A stretch of 64,000 nt of DNA from Vicugna vicugna (lineage: Eukaryota): the NCBI GenBank assembly GCA_013265495.1, contig MU058844.1, positions 10,934,184 to 10,998,183 on the forward strand, in the 5' to 3' direction. Position numbers and translations under genes: made by a program. Under the pieces are notes generated by a model. It saw only the letters and a list, made by a program, of their open reading frames with translations, ran no database searches and had not been told where the DNA came from. This document shows positions 11,639-25,480 of this stretch, in pieces (within the stretch, counting starts at the first letter, position 1; each line of letters starts with the position of its first letter).

Positions 11639-14600
11639 CAAAAAAAACCCCAAAAAACCCTTAAGTGGTACTCCATCATAATATACAATATACAAATCAC
11701 TCATAATTAATAAATAAATGTCATGAAACATTTTGGGAACAAAACTTGTAAAGCTGGGTTTGTTTAACAGATGTAAAGAATTCGTATATCCTTTACACTA
11801 AGAGGCAGACTCCTAACAAGCAAATATTGCTGTTCTACAATCTGATCCAATCCAGTGCTTTTGTTTGTTCAACTCCAAAGCTGAGATATTTGAGCTAAAA
11901 TTTTCACTGGCCTTCCAATTGGGTGAGTAAATGTATCATTAAACAAGTATTTATTATATATTTAGTAATATGTATTAATACATAATAGTAAATATGTATT
12001 AAATCTATAAATATTACACATTTAGGGTAAAACGTGAGGGGTGCTATAGAATCACTGAGTATATTGGTTTTAAGAGTAGCTCCAGCTTTAGAAACACATG
12101 CTTTTACTCAGTAAGTATTACTGGACACAGGAACTTTGCCTTCCTTTTCCTACTGTATCTCCAGTGAGGAGATGCCTGGTATATACGAGCAGATTCTTGT
12201 GGAAAGAATAAATTTGTTCCCTCCTTATAAGAGAGATGATCTTTTGGGAAATACTTTTAAAAGGACATTTTACTGAAATATAAACAGAAAGGATTTCTCT
12301 GTTAGAATTCTCTAACATATAAATGTATAGCTATTTAATACATAAATATAAATCTGCTGGAACATTATGTACCTGAGTTAGAGCCTAAAACTTCTGTACA
12401 GATATTATTACTTTTAAAAAGGAAAAAATAAAAAAGGATCTGAGCTCTCTTTGAGCCATGTCAAGTTGAGTGGTGACATGAAAGGGGAAACTGTATATTT
12501 TGAACTAGAATTCTTCTATTCCTTCTATGTCCACCCACTGGGCTAAGAAATATTAGAAAAAGCAGACGAGCCAAGGAGGGCTGCCGTCAGTTTCAGGTAG
12601 GATGTGGGAGAGTGGACTAAGGACTGAGAAAGGGCAGACCGAGCACAATTATTCATCATTTACTCTCTCTACACAAACAGAAGTGATTTCCCATTAATAG
12701 CATTAGATTTGTGCCAAAACCCACATTATTAGTAAGGCACAATGCTAATGTGACAAGATTAGCACCAAAGACGGATGGTTCCAAGTGTGTTTCACGTAAG
12801 CACTGCTGATCTCATTTCCTGAGCTGAGGAGAGAGGTCTGGCTTGGTAACATTTGCCTAAGAGCATCACTGAAACTGTGCAAACTAAAAAGAAAAAGATC
12901 TGCACATAATATATAGGTTACATATGTCTGAATATATACAGACATACACATATGGATGATATATGCATATTATACAAAATAGTTCCTTAGCTATTCTGAA
13001 ACAAACCCAATAGCTCAATTCCTGTTACTTTCAAATTCCTTTTTTTCCACACATATATGTGGCAAAGCATTCTTTTTAACTTGCTTTACGGAGATACTGT
13101 CAAAGAAGGAGAATTAATGTATTGGAGGTGAACTAATGAGGTGACTGAAGTTACCATTTTTCATGAACATGTAACCAGACTTTGACATATAAAAAACAGA
13201 AATGGATTCGGAAAATTGCATTTTGAATTTGAGCACCACTTGTCTCTGTAACATATTTTGGGAAATTGTAAGTTTTAAATGCTGAATCATGTCCCGAATC
13301 TAAGGGGAAAAAAAAAACACATTTACTTCATAATTATTCTATTTTAATCTCAAGTACTTTTGGATATTAATTTCAGTGATTATGACGGAGGGCTGAGTTG
13401 TCAACATTTATGTGTGTGTGCTTTAAAATAAAACCTCAGCCAAAAATGGCACAATTCCTCCAAAATAATATTCAAAGGAAAAATCAAATACTGAGATAAA
13501 TAAGGTAAGCTAGTTATGAATAAGGTACATTTCTGTTTTGAATTTATTGTAAAGTTATTTTTATTTCCTTTCTGTATTTTATATACATTAACTTTATTTC
13601 TCTTACAATTTGATCACAATACTATTTTATTTATTGTAGTAAAGAAAATAACAATCCTTTATGAGGGTTTTGATCAGCTGAAATTTTTTTTTCCAGGGAA
13701 TTTTGCTGTTATATTCGCATTCTGAACTCCCAAGATAAAAAAGCCTAAAGTGAAGCCCACTTACAACTAGTAGATGGCACACAAATAAAATTGAAGTCCT
13801 AAGGCTGAGTTAGTAGCTTTTCTCAGTTTGTAAATAGACACAAGGCTGTTTGTGATAACTTACTTATCAAAAAGATTTCCAGCGTTTAGTCTTTATCACT
13901 AGGGCAATGACAAATGAAATTAATCTCCTTAAATGCTAACAAATTATTCCGGTACTACACATTTGTTGGTGTTTGCCAAGATGACTGTTATTTAAATATT
14001 TAAAAAAAGAAAAAACATCCTCTGGGCAGAGCATAACCTGGGCTACACTGAAAATTAAGCACCTGCTGGAGAATGTCCCTTTTCAGAGATGCTTAAACTT
14101 TTGAAGTCTTTGTAAAAATGAACTAATTTTTTTCAATATTGCTTAGCAATCTGTAACTCTAAAAAGATATGGGCTTCTGAAAGCTGTAACTTGCCATGTT
14201 TACAAGATATTATCATTTGAAAAAAAAATCTATATAATCATGCAAGATTTTCACTATAGGCAACCAATTCAAAAGGAGTAAGTTATAACTCCTAATTTAT
14301 TATGAGTTTCAAACAAAATGAACCATGTGATGGAGCTTTTTTAATGGTGAGTAACAAGATGAATTTTACAGAGTTTATTAGATATTTAGGAAGACACGTG
14401 GAGATGTTTTGCAAAGTCTTTTCAGAGAAATTGTAGTGAAACACAGCTTGTCACTAAAACTTACAAGTCTGTTTTTTCAAACCTGGCATGCCATGCTTTT
14501 TATACTAGTTTTAGTATTTGCCATAGGCTAAAGATGTGACCCTGAAGACTGCGCTCAGTGGAGAAATCTAATCATAGATTCAATAAAAAGAAGTGGTAGG

Positions 14601-14699
14601 AGACTGAGAACTGTATTCTTAAGTGGATTATTAACTCCTTGAAAACCACTGTGCTCTGTACAGAAGAATTTAGTCTAAGTACTCACCTCTTTCTTATCC

Positions 14700-14960
14700 A
14701 ATGAGTATTAATGAATATTTATTGGAGAGAGGCCATAAAAATGACTTGAAGTCTAGACAGGCATATTTGGAGAACTGTTGGATTAATTATATAATCTTGT
14801 GCAAGTAACAAAAAAAAAAAGTCTAGAGACAAAGGTTAAGGATAGATTTTGATGGTTTTGGAATACCAGAAAAGGCTGAACACGTGGCAATGGGAATCGA
14901 TGACTGCATAGATTAATGTGGTGCTTTGGGAAGATTAAATAGGTAATTATACGGCTGAAG
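14700..14960 (-). mobile_element. Degraded L2 fragment
   Basis: atgaatatttattg...gggaatcgatgactgcatagatt resembles antisense L2; highly diverged. Confidence 0.35.
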
Positions 14961-17900
14961 GGCTCAGAGGCTGAATGAAGGGAATGAGGGAGGGAGGAGG
15001 GAGGGAGAGAGAGAGATTGATTCACTACTTTCTTTAGACTTAAGCTTCGATAGTGTTTGTTGCGTGGAGTGTTGGTCAAGTTTCTTGGGATAAATTGATG
15101 GGTTCACTATGAAGACGCTGAAGTTGTACAAAAGGATGCTTGGGTTTGGGGTCAAAAGGAAGACAGCAAGCCAGATTCCAGTCTCCTCAATGGTTGGACC
15201 GTGTGTCTGGGATGTGCATGCAGAATAAGGGTTTCGCATGACAGGAAAGTGATGGTCTTTGAGTGGAAATGGAAACAGACCGTTACTCCCACTTCCAGTC
15301 CTCCCCTCTCCACTCCCTCGTTCCTTTTTGGATGTAATGGAATGAACAGCCTCCACTTGAGCTGCTCTCGATTTTTGGTGAGTGAAGTAACTGAGAGTTT
15401 ATTAACTAAAAAGGGAAGAAAGAATATATTTTAAAGAGATGTAGGACGTAGGTCACGGAACACACACAAAAAAGAGTTGTGACGCCAGTTGGATACAGAA
15501 ACAACCATCAGTGGGAAATATTTTCTGTAATAGAAATTTTGTATTTTTACCAGTAGCCAAAGATGGCAGCATTAAAGGAAATATTATCAATCTGAATATG
15601 GTGCAGCTTCATATGCTAGACAAATGTTGAATATTGATGAAACGTTCTATTTTTTTCAAAGCATATAGTGAATGTAATACATTAAGTTTCCCTAAAACTT
15701 TGTAGATTCCATGGACTAATCCACTAATCTAACTTGACACATTACTTTAGAGTTTTAGAATTCTACTGATTTACCAAAAGCTTCAAGAACCATTGCCTTT
15801 TTCTTTAAGAAAAGTGTATCTAAAAAATAAAATTGAACTCCAAGGGACCATCCAAAATCTTTCGTTGCAGACTAATTTTGCCACATTAAATTTCACTTGA
15901 AGAAAGTGAAACAGTAATGGAACTTGGATATATTTGTTTTGCTTTGTTCTTATGATATTTGACCTCTAGAAAATAAAAAAGGAGCCTTAAAAATGGAATA
16001 AAGAAGGAGAAACATAAGCTGGGATAGAGAATTGAAATCAGCCAGGAGACTCAACACTTCCCATAATTGTCCTCATTTGCCCTGAGGACAGAACAATAAA
16101 GAAAATTAGCTTCCACCAGATTTAGGAAAAAATGTTATAAACCATCATCTGCTGAGTAATAACTGAGTACAGAGCATTGTGCTAGACTCTGGGGGCTAGC
16201 ATTCAAGGACTTCTCATTAAGGTGAAGAGATGTCAAAATCTACTTTATATAGCTATCTATATAACTATAGAATAGATTTATGTATATATCCTAAAGGCTT
16301 ATTAAATAAAGAGACCAAAAATAAAATAACCAACGGATACCGATATTAGTTAGGTTTCATGTAAAAAAAGTAGCACTTGGTCTGGACTTCTAAGATATGA
16401 CATAACAAATACTAAAAATGACAAAACCACTGCTCAGATGGGACGTTGTCAGAAATTCTAAAATCTCCGTTAATGTAATATGAAAAATGAGTGTCATTTT
16501 GGCGATCACTGCCTTCCATTGCTCATCTTGGGACTGCAGAAGACTGCTGTGTGATGCTCACATCACACTAAAAATAGTAATAATAATAATCATCTCTTTC
16601 TGAAGACTTATTACTGAGCCACATTTTCAATGATCTTAGTAACTGCAGATAGTGAATCTAGGCTTCCCATTTCTCTAACACAACCTGAATGCTTGTGTGG
16701 GGGTTAGTTTAGACTAGAGTTAGCTTCTCCTGGAGGCAAGGGACTGGATTAAGTGTCTGGAGATCCTTCCAGCTGTGTAATTATTTTGTATCGATTTTAA
16801 TTATCCACAAAGCATGAAACTGCTGAGAGCTCTGATTCCAAAGCTATGACCTAAATGTTCCAGAGGCCTACCCTTTCCCCTGCTAATTCAGTTCCCCTGT
16901 CTTTACGGGAAAATTAATGCTGCAGATAAAGCTTTAGGTAGCATTTGTCTTTTAACAGTGAAAATTACGAACTTAAATCCCTAACAGTAAGATTGAAGTT
17001 TAGAAGCTTACTGTGCAAGTTCGAAAGGTGACTTTGATCCCTGGTGTCTAGAAAAACAAGAATATGAAAAGCCACATTCTCTTTAATAACTCATAGTCCA
17101 CATTTACATTTAAATGAAACAGCCTTTGAAATGCTTTCTTTTACATTAAACTAGTCAGCAGCTCATTTTCTAAAGTAGGTTTATTTATTTATTTTTTTAA
17201 ACCTGATTAAAAGTTTTAATCCATGGTAAGAAATTCAGCAGTACCACGGATCTTAAGACTTTCCAGAGGCACATGTGGCTGTATCATTTGGCAACTGCAT
17301 GATGGATGCCCTCCTGAAACAACAGATGTTTACACACAAAACATGCATCTCCTACAAATCCTGAGATGAACAAAGAATAGCATTAGCCAAAATACTGTTC
17401 AGTTTCCGTGATTCTTAAGCAAGGTGTCTCTAATTCCTGGCAACTTCTAATCTGCTAATTGGTTTTGTCATCATTAAGGTCTCCAAAAGCAACCTAGGTG
17501 TGAGCTACACAAAGACAGCAGCTGTTCCCATTATGTTACTCTGCAGAGTTACACTTCCGGGATAGCTGAGATGTATGCCTCTGGTCCAATCTGTCAACAG
17601 ATTTCCAAATTATATTTTAATTTGTGTCATGAGTAAATCATGAATGATGAGTCCCAGGACTTCATCACATTTACTTTATTGGCGCATTATTCTTTTCTCT
17701 AATTCCATATGCTTGGCATGTTGATGTGAGCGTGAGTCTGTGTGTACATTTTAGGGTCTTTTCCTTGCACCTGTGCAAACAGATAGAGGGTCATTATCCT
17801 AGGTGCTATGTCCATAGAAGCCAAAGGGTAAAAAAAAATTATAATAGCAATGAGACACTCCAGAAGAAAATCCGGTGAACTGCTGCTAATTCATAGTTTA

Positions 17901-18387
17901 TGGTGAGGTTTCCTTATCAGTCAAGCCACATTTCTCAATTCCTTTTCCACCCTTCGCTTTATCCTATTAAACCCAGAGGAAAGGCTGTGTCTCCAGACAT
18001 AGCTTACTGAGTACTGGCATGATTAGGGCTCATTCCCTGATGGCTGTTTGATGTTAATGTATTTTTTCAGTGTCCTACAGAACAGTGCTAAAGGAGAAAG
18101 AAACAGAAGGAAAAAGGTTGGAAAAGAAGACAGAGAAGAGGGAACCCAAGAATTCAACTGCTCTAAGAATGGTGGAAGGAAACAAAGAAAGAAGAAACAA
18201 GAGGAATGCAAAAATACAATGATTATTAGCCCTGGCTACGATTCTTTCAAATATAGTTCAAAGCCTCCCAGGTGCAAATCTTTACATCCACTGGTAGCTG
18301 CCTGCTCGCCAGTCTCTCCTATGTCAGCATCACATTAGCAGCAGCAAGTTACGATCTCAGGCACACCAGTCACGTCTGCTTCCCCCC

Positions 18388-18388
<1 letters not shown>

Positions 18389-18451
<63 letters not shown>
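18389..18451 (+). repeat. Poly-C homopolymer (63 nt)
   Basis: Uninterrupted C run counted from the sequence. Confidence 0.95.
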
Positions 18452-18452
<1 letters not shown>

Positions 18453-19229
18453 CCCCGTAAGAGGAAAATCAAATCTAATTACCCTGAGCAGCATTCAAAA
18501 CATAGGTCTTAGAGAGCTTTAGCTTTCAGAGCATTAAGAATTTAGCTAGGTAGCTCTTTTGATCAACATTTGTATGAGTTATTTTATTCTGAATAATGTT
18601 TCAGCATTAGAGGACTACAGAATTTTCCAGAAAGTAAGGCTTTGTGTTGAAAAGATTCTGAAGGAGAATAAAAATTTATAATTAATACCGTCTCCTTAAC
18701 AAGATGACATATAAATACTCTTTCTCTTTTAAATTCCAGTTTGAAGGTAAGAAGCTGCTGGTATAAGAATAAGGCTATTCTCCTTAAGCGATTGTTCAGC
18801 ATAACTTATCTGAATTTACTTATCTTTATAATGCAACCACAGCTCTTCTCTACGCACCATGATGGCTGTGTTCAATCAAAGTACTACAAATACTACTACT
18901 AATTGTGTTTCTGTGATGATCTTCTACGCAATTCCAATTATTGAAGATATTTTATTATTGTTACTAGGATAAATATCTAATTTCTTCTCAACTTAGAAGA
19001 TTTAAAGGCCACAAAGGCATCTTCTGTAGAAATAAACAGTTGGGAACAGGGAGTAAAGAAGGGTACCAAAGCATCATCTCTGTGACTCCTTCTGCTTTCC
19101 CAAAGTTCAAATGAGTCACACCCAGAGATCCACACACAGTCAGAGAACCTTGGAAAAGAAGTCCAAATGCTAACATAATTACAACAGAATACACTGATCA
19201 GGTTGGTCCCCCTCAGCTAAGTCAACTTC

Positions 19230-19686
19230 ACAGTCACCTTCCTGACCCTAACCAAGCCCTCGATCTCTCTTACAGCATTTACTTTAGAAAACTTATCCTT
19301 TGAAATGTAAATACTTTTTAAAGGTTCTTGCCAGTTTCACAACCCAGAAATGTCTTTCTCAAGGACCTGGAAGCCATGCCTTTGAAACGTAGCCACCCAG
19401 GAAGACAGCACACCTGTTTTTCACGCCTTATGAAGGCAGAAGCCTAAATGTGACAGGTGCCCTGCTCCAAGTTGTAAAACTATCTCCTGTCTTGAAGATA
19501 GGAGGAAGTTTCCTTTTCCTGTAGGTAAATCCAATTAGCAAACAAAGGTGGACTGAGAGGCCTCCACCCCGCCTCTTAAAACTCTCCGGCCTTTTGTTTT
19601 CACTGGAGTAGAGGTCCAGTTGAGTTTGGGCCTTTCTTTCCTGTTGCAATAGCTTTGAATTAAGGCTCCCTTGCTTGTTTTAGACA
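19230..19686 (+). mobile_element. ERV1-class solo LTR (MER34-like)
   Basis: cagcatttactttagaaaactt...cttgccagtttcacaacccagaaatgtctttctcaaggacctggaagccatgcctttgaaa...gctccaagttgtaaaactatctcctgtc...ccaattagcaaaca; ends in gaca. 5' boundary uncertain. Confidence 0.8.
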
Positions 19687-22600
19687 AAGCTGCCAGACTG
19701 ACTCACACTCAGAGAAAATTATTTTCCACGTGTACTAACAAATAAAGGTTTTACATTCATTAGGATGTAGTAAACATGAAAAAGTTTGCCTACTTGATAA
19801 GGAAAAACAGTCATTAAGTAAATCTCCTAGAGCTACCTGTAAATAATCTAAAGTAAACAGGCTTATCTGCAAAGCCAGCTCAGAAGAATTATACCGAAAG
19901 CTGTTTAAAAGATGTAACATACATGTAATGATTTTAGAAACCTTCAACAGCCAAGGTCTAATTTCCCAATTATATAATAGAGAGCTTACAAGTCAACATT
20001 TGGACTCGACTCCTTAGGGTTCAAGTCCAGAATCACTGTGTTCAAGCTACAGTGAACTGAGAGATAAGGCTGATTCAACTACCATTACAGAAGAGGAAAC
20101 ATGAATAATTTGTCCTAATCTAAGTCAACACTCCCAAATAGAACATGTTCTATTCATCAGTTAACCTTTAATTTTCCTTTTAAATTGCACATTCGTGAAG
20201 AAAAATTTTCAGTTTAATCCCAACTTTACCACTCTTAAAGAAGAGATATAAATACAGTTAGAACTTGATAACTGATTTTGATGATAATGAAATACCTTTC
20301 GTCCAACTTTTTCCTATCTTACATTCAAAGCCTTACCTATTTACACTCTTTTTTAACTTCAAAGGGAATCAGAGACTTTAAACTTTGAAGTATTTTATGA
20401 GACTACATAAATACTGGTTTCTAGGTGACACGATCAGATGGGCTTACTCTGTTCTGAGACACATATACAGCTAAGGCGGCCACAGATAAATATACTCCTT
20501 TCAAATGATTTTACAGCAAATCTATTTGATGTGCATTCTTAGCTCTAACAATTTGGTACTCTAGGAAAAAGTGCCTCTTTGTTTTGTTTTGACTTATACA
20601 GACTTCACTTAACTGCTATCTAAGAGCCCTCACTGGCAAATGACAAATGGAAAGCAGTATATAAAAGCATGTTAATTGCAGAAAGGATTAACATCATGGG
20701 AGCACCCCCAACACACACACACACAACTGAATTACCCACATAGGACCAATTAATCTCATATTTTTATTTACCCAAATTGAACACACACTTCAATTTCCAT
20801 TCTTGTGTATGTGCCTTCTTTTATGAAGACATTCTCATTCTGTTCTGTTGTTGTTGTTGCTGCTGTTTTTAATGGGAGTAACGTTATTTTTACTAAAGCA
20901 ATAAAATTAAGGATGCAAAACATGAGACATGCCTATTCAGTAGCTGCATGACCCTGGCTCCTAGCAGGGGCTGGACAATTTGTTCATTGAATCAGTGAGT
21001 AACTCAGTGAGACCTAAAACTTGCCTCTCAGAACCTTATCAGCAGAGAGTCCGCCTAAGACTTTAGAGCAACCTTTGTAAGAAATGCAACCATGTCCACT
21101 CGGGGAATGAGATGTCTCTGATGTCATCACAAGAAGGCTAGTCTCCCCAATAGTTCTCCTTCTTTTCAAAGACAGAATTCGAATCATCTAGGCCCAGGAC
21201 GTACCGTCTTTAGTACTTAAATTTTTAAATTCGTCTGAAGTTCAATTTTCGTCTTTTTTTGTTTGTTTGTTTCCTGCTCTTAATTCACTGGAAAAGGATC
21301 CAGCCAAATCTAAACTTAACCACTAAGGCGTGATTTCTGTGGCGTATAAGCCAGAGTGTGGTCCTTTGGTTTCTCACATCTCAGTTACTAACATGTGATA
21401 TGCTGGTAACAGCTGTTAGAATCTACAAAGTCCAGATACTCATCACCTCTAGACATCTGAGGATCCCTGAAGCTGTTCCCTGCGCTTGTTCTATTCTCTA
21501 AAGACAGGGGTTGTATACCAACTTCATCAGAGAGAATCCCAGATTCTTTCTGTAGTACATTTCATTGTACGTTTTCCAAAAACAGCTCCTATTCAATTAT
21601 AATTGACATACTCAGCTCTTTAAATGTTTTACTTCAACATCTAGTTTGTTGTTGTTTTTGTTGTTTGTTGGTTGGTTTTTAACTCATAAGCCATTAATCC
21701 ATGTTTTGGTTTCCAGATGGGAGATAAAACCAGTGGTTTTAACATCTCAATTCCTGCTTGTCCAGATGACTCTTGTCTTTCACAAGTAGAATGGATTGAT
21801 GCTGACTTTGGGTCAGGAAGGCAAGTTAGCGAGCACACCAAAAAGAGACATAACACTGCTTTTTACTCATCTCAAAATAAGATCTAACAAATACTTGATA
21901 AATTATAAATTGTATTCAAGTCTATTTTCTCAATCAAGATATATTAAGTGTTCTTTCACTGGAGAAATCATCACCAGTAAGACACTTCAACTGTTTCACT
22001 TAAATATAAATTACCCTCAATTTCTTCTAATAAATGCCCTATTTCTGGAAAGAGCCAAATACACAAACCAGGCATGTGTCTTTAAATCGAAATCTGATGA
22101 GATTTTATTCTCTTTTCTCTCTCTTTCTTTTTTCCTCTTGAAGAGGGAAAACAAGTATTTATAAAGGAAACTTTCCATGTAGATTTTTTTCTGATATCTG
22201 TGGTGGAAGTTTATGACAAGTATCAGAAAGTATTAAATTATCCCCAAAATGGATAATCTCCAAGGGGGTCCAAAACATGAAGTAGAAGATGTCTGACTCC
22301 TATCTCCACTCTTTTGAATGGAATGGATTAAAAAAAAAAAAAAAAACTACTGGAAGCAAACTAATGTTCCTTCCCATGGTCTGAATTTGACAGTAGTTTA
22401 GGTTGGAAAGAAATGATAGCAAAAGAAACTGAACATTTATATTTAAATCAAAATAAAAATTTTCATATTGCTGGATTCAAGGACTTAGAAACCACAAGAA
22501 TGATCTTCCTGGGCTACTATTGATAATACATGACAAAATTTTTATTTAGCATGTTATATGTATTTTTTTTCAACCTTTTCACCTTCCTTCCCCAAACTTT

Positions 22601-24260
22601 AGTCTCCCTTCACGTCAGAGCCTTTCTTACAGGCTCTATCACTCAGCCAACAAATTCTTTTGACAGCAGCCAGACTCACAGAAGTTGGTATGCTGGAGCC
22701 AAGATTGCTGTAATATTCATCCCATAAATACATCTAACCAGATGCATTCCAATTCAGAGTATAAACTAAGATGATAGAAGAGAGATGGGTATATTATCTA
22801 TGACCTAGATATTTCTTCACAAGCACATCCTTTTAAATCAGAGAAAAGTAAGTTAAAAATGTTACTCAACTTGACTGGTTAAAGGCTTCCCTCAAAATCA
22901 AATAATTTCCAAGGACACCAAGAGTGATGACCGATAACTTTTATAATTTTGAATATCCTGATGTAACAGACATTTGCCTTATTTAGAAATTTAAAAAAAT
23001 TTTTTACATGAGTAAGACTTTCTGAATTTTTGTGTATCAGAAGTCTGTAAGAATTTATTAGCCTATAATTGGGGAAGTGATGAAATGAATAATTATTTCA
23101 ATACAAAAACTAATTTAGCAGAATTCAATGGTCTGCCTCTTATCCAAATGAATAAAATGTTTGTATAATCTTTGATTTTTATTGATAAGAATTTATAGGA
23201 GTTAAATTAGCTCTGAGTAGAGTTCTCATATTGTTCCCTAAAGGCAACTGAAAAGAAAATTACACGAACATTCAGATTTTTTTAAAAAAATGGTGGTTAT
23301 GAAATTGAACAAAATGCGATATCCATGTGGTGTTAGTATTCACACAAAATTTCAAAATTTCACACAGCAAACAACTGGAAGTGGCTTTTCCTTTTTCAAT
23401 AAAATTGAAACCAAAATGTTTTAAACTGACAGCTTAATTATAAATCTCATTACCACAGGGATCCTTTTGAAATTGGTAAATTTTGTAAGAGTAGATAATT
23501 TGGGGAGCACAAATAGCTTTGTAGGTGTTTCAAAACAAACATTATTGACATTCAATATAATCCTATGAGACAGATAAAAAATACTGACATACCTCCTACT
23601 AACATACAGGAGCAAACAGAGGTACAGAAAGCATAAAGGCAGCAGGTGCATATTCTCTTAGTTGCCACCATCAGGCTAGTGCACGAGCTACAATTACCTT
23701 GTCATTACGGAAGCCATTACAGTAATAAACAAATAAATAAATATAAGAAGAAACCAAATCAAAGCCTAAATGTGGATATTCAGATTATGCTTTGAAGCTA
23801 TTACAGATTTCGAGGAAGAGTCAAATTTAGCCTCTCACAATGTCACAAACAAAGGCATAAACCAAAATACCATTAAGGATAAAAAGGAAACACACTTTGC
23901 ACTGAGGGGAAGTGGCTGTCCAAACACACTGGTAGACTCAGCCACGCCCAGACTGACATGATGATGTCTATCAGAGGCATCCTTGTCAAGTCATGCCAAA
24001 TTTTAGGAATTCTTACAGAATAGTGTGCTGGCTATTCCCACATGCATGGGAGAGGTGGGTACAGACAACGGACTCTGCTTTTACAAACACTGCCTCTCCT
24101 GAAGGCTCAGTTCTCTACCTCATTGGATTAAGGGAGTCCTCTGCATGGCAGGCACACTTTTCCCCCGAGAGCACCTCTCTCTCCTACAGAGGCAACATCA
24201 AATAAATTGGCCCATCTTTACTCATACAAAGTAGTCACCAACAAGAGACGCAGAACACTT

Positions 24261-24304
24261 GAAGCTGGTAGGAAAGCTACAGGAAGCTGGTAGGAAAGCT
24301 ACAG
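24261..24304 (+). repeat. Perfect 22-bp tandem duplication
   Basis: gaagctggtaggaaagctacag twice (24261-24282, 24283-24304). Confidence 0.95.
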
Positions 24305-24519
24305 AAATCTCATTAGAATTCTAAAAATAAAATAATTAAAATAACTCCTAAGATAAAAATCAGTACATCTACATCATGGCCGCGTACTCGCTCACTTGTT
24401 TTTAAGTAACCAACTGAAATTCTCAAGACCTGGGTGGAAGTCCTCAGTCCTATGGGCAGAAGCCAGCTCTCTGAATACTTCACTTCTTGACCACTGAGCA
24501 AGCATCTCTTCAGTCTCAA

Positions 24520-24705
24520 GTGTTGCAACACATTATATTTTCCTCCTGACAGCCTTATGAGATAGGTATTGCTTTTATCTCCACTTAACAGATGAGATAA
24601 ACGAGGGTCAAAGATGGTAAGTAATTCGCACAAGATTGCATAGCTATGAGGGCGGTGAGAGGTGGCATCTGAGCTGAGGTCTGCCTCACCCTAAAACTTA
24701 TGCCT
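24520..24705 (-). mobile_element. MIR SINE
   Basis: cagccttatgagataggtattg...tatctccacttaacagatgagataaacgagggtcaaagatggtaagtaattcgcacaagattgcatagcta. Confidence 0.85.
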
Positions 24706-25299
24706 TGGTTTTACTTGTTGATTGTTTTAACCTTCAGCCACAGAAGAGATGAATCACATTCAGTAGATCACACTTTGGCTGTATCACTTCATTGTATTTA
24801 AGCCTTGACCATTCTCCAACCTCCAGCTCTATAGCACAGCTAAGCTGACACCTTTAGAAAGTATTTTCATTCTGTCTTTTAGTCATTTTTAGTGTCAGAC
24901 TGACATTGGCCTCAGCCCCCCTTCCCAAATCTAATGACCACTTTTAGGTTTCAGTTTAGTACTATTTCTAAAAGTCTTTTAGCCATTGGCTCTATTTTTT
25001 TGCCCTCAAGTTCTGACTCTTTTGTCTACTATGCTATTATTTTTCTTTAACTTCTCTCCCCCCCCTAATTCCTAGCACTGAACAGCTATTCCATCTTGTT
25101 TGAAGATGTGTTCTGATACATTTCCATTGCATTTTCCTTCTACCTCTGCCTTCAGTTTTTCAGTATCAGCTTTCTTTATAGGATTTTGCTCTTTTTCACA
25201 AATAGGTCTACCCAGTATGACTCTCTCTGAAATGAAGTACCTTTAAGTCAGCATAAAACTGTACATGTATAACCACTAAATGTATCTTGATATCTGACC

Positions 25300-25480
25300 T
25301 TATAAAGTACTTTCTCATACATTGCACTTTGATCTTTCTAACAACATTTGCCTTGGTAATTATATTATCAGTCACAATTTATAGATCAGAATACCGAGGC
25401 TCAGAAGACATACATGACATTTATTAAGCCACATGGCTAGCCAATTGCCAGGTTTTCTGACCATAAATTCTATGACTTTT
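25300..25480 (-). mobile_element. MIR SINE (diverged)
   Basis: aatttatagatcagaataccgaggctcagaag...aagccacatggctag. Confidence 0.65.

Noticed and set aside
11338..11731. ORFs rich in F/L/P/S or E/G/R/K
   Set aside because: Translations of the purine microsatellite.
18272..18460. Poly-proline ORF
   Set aside because: Produced by the poly-C run.
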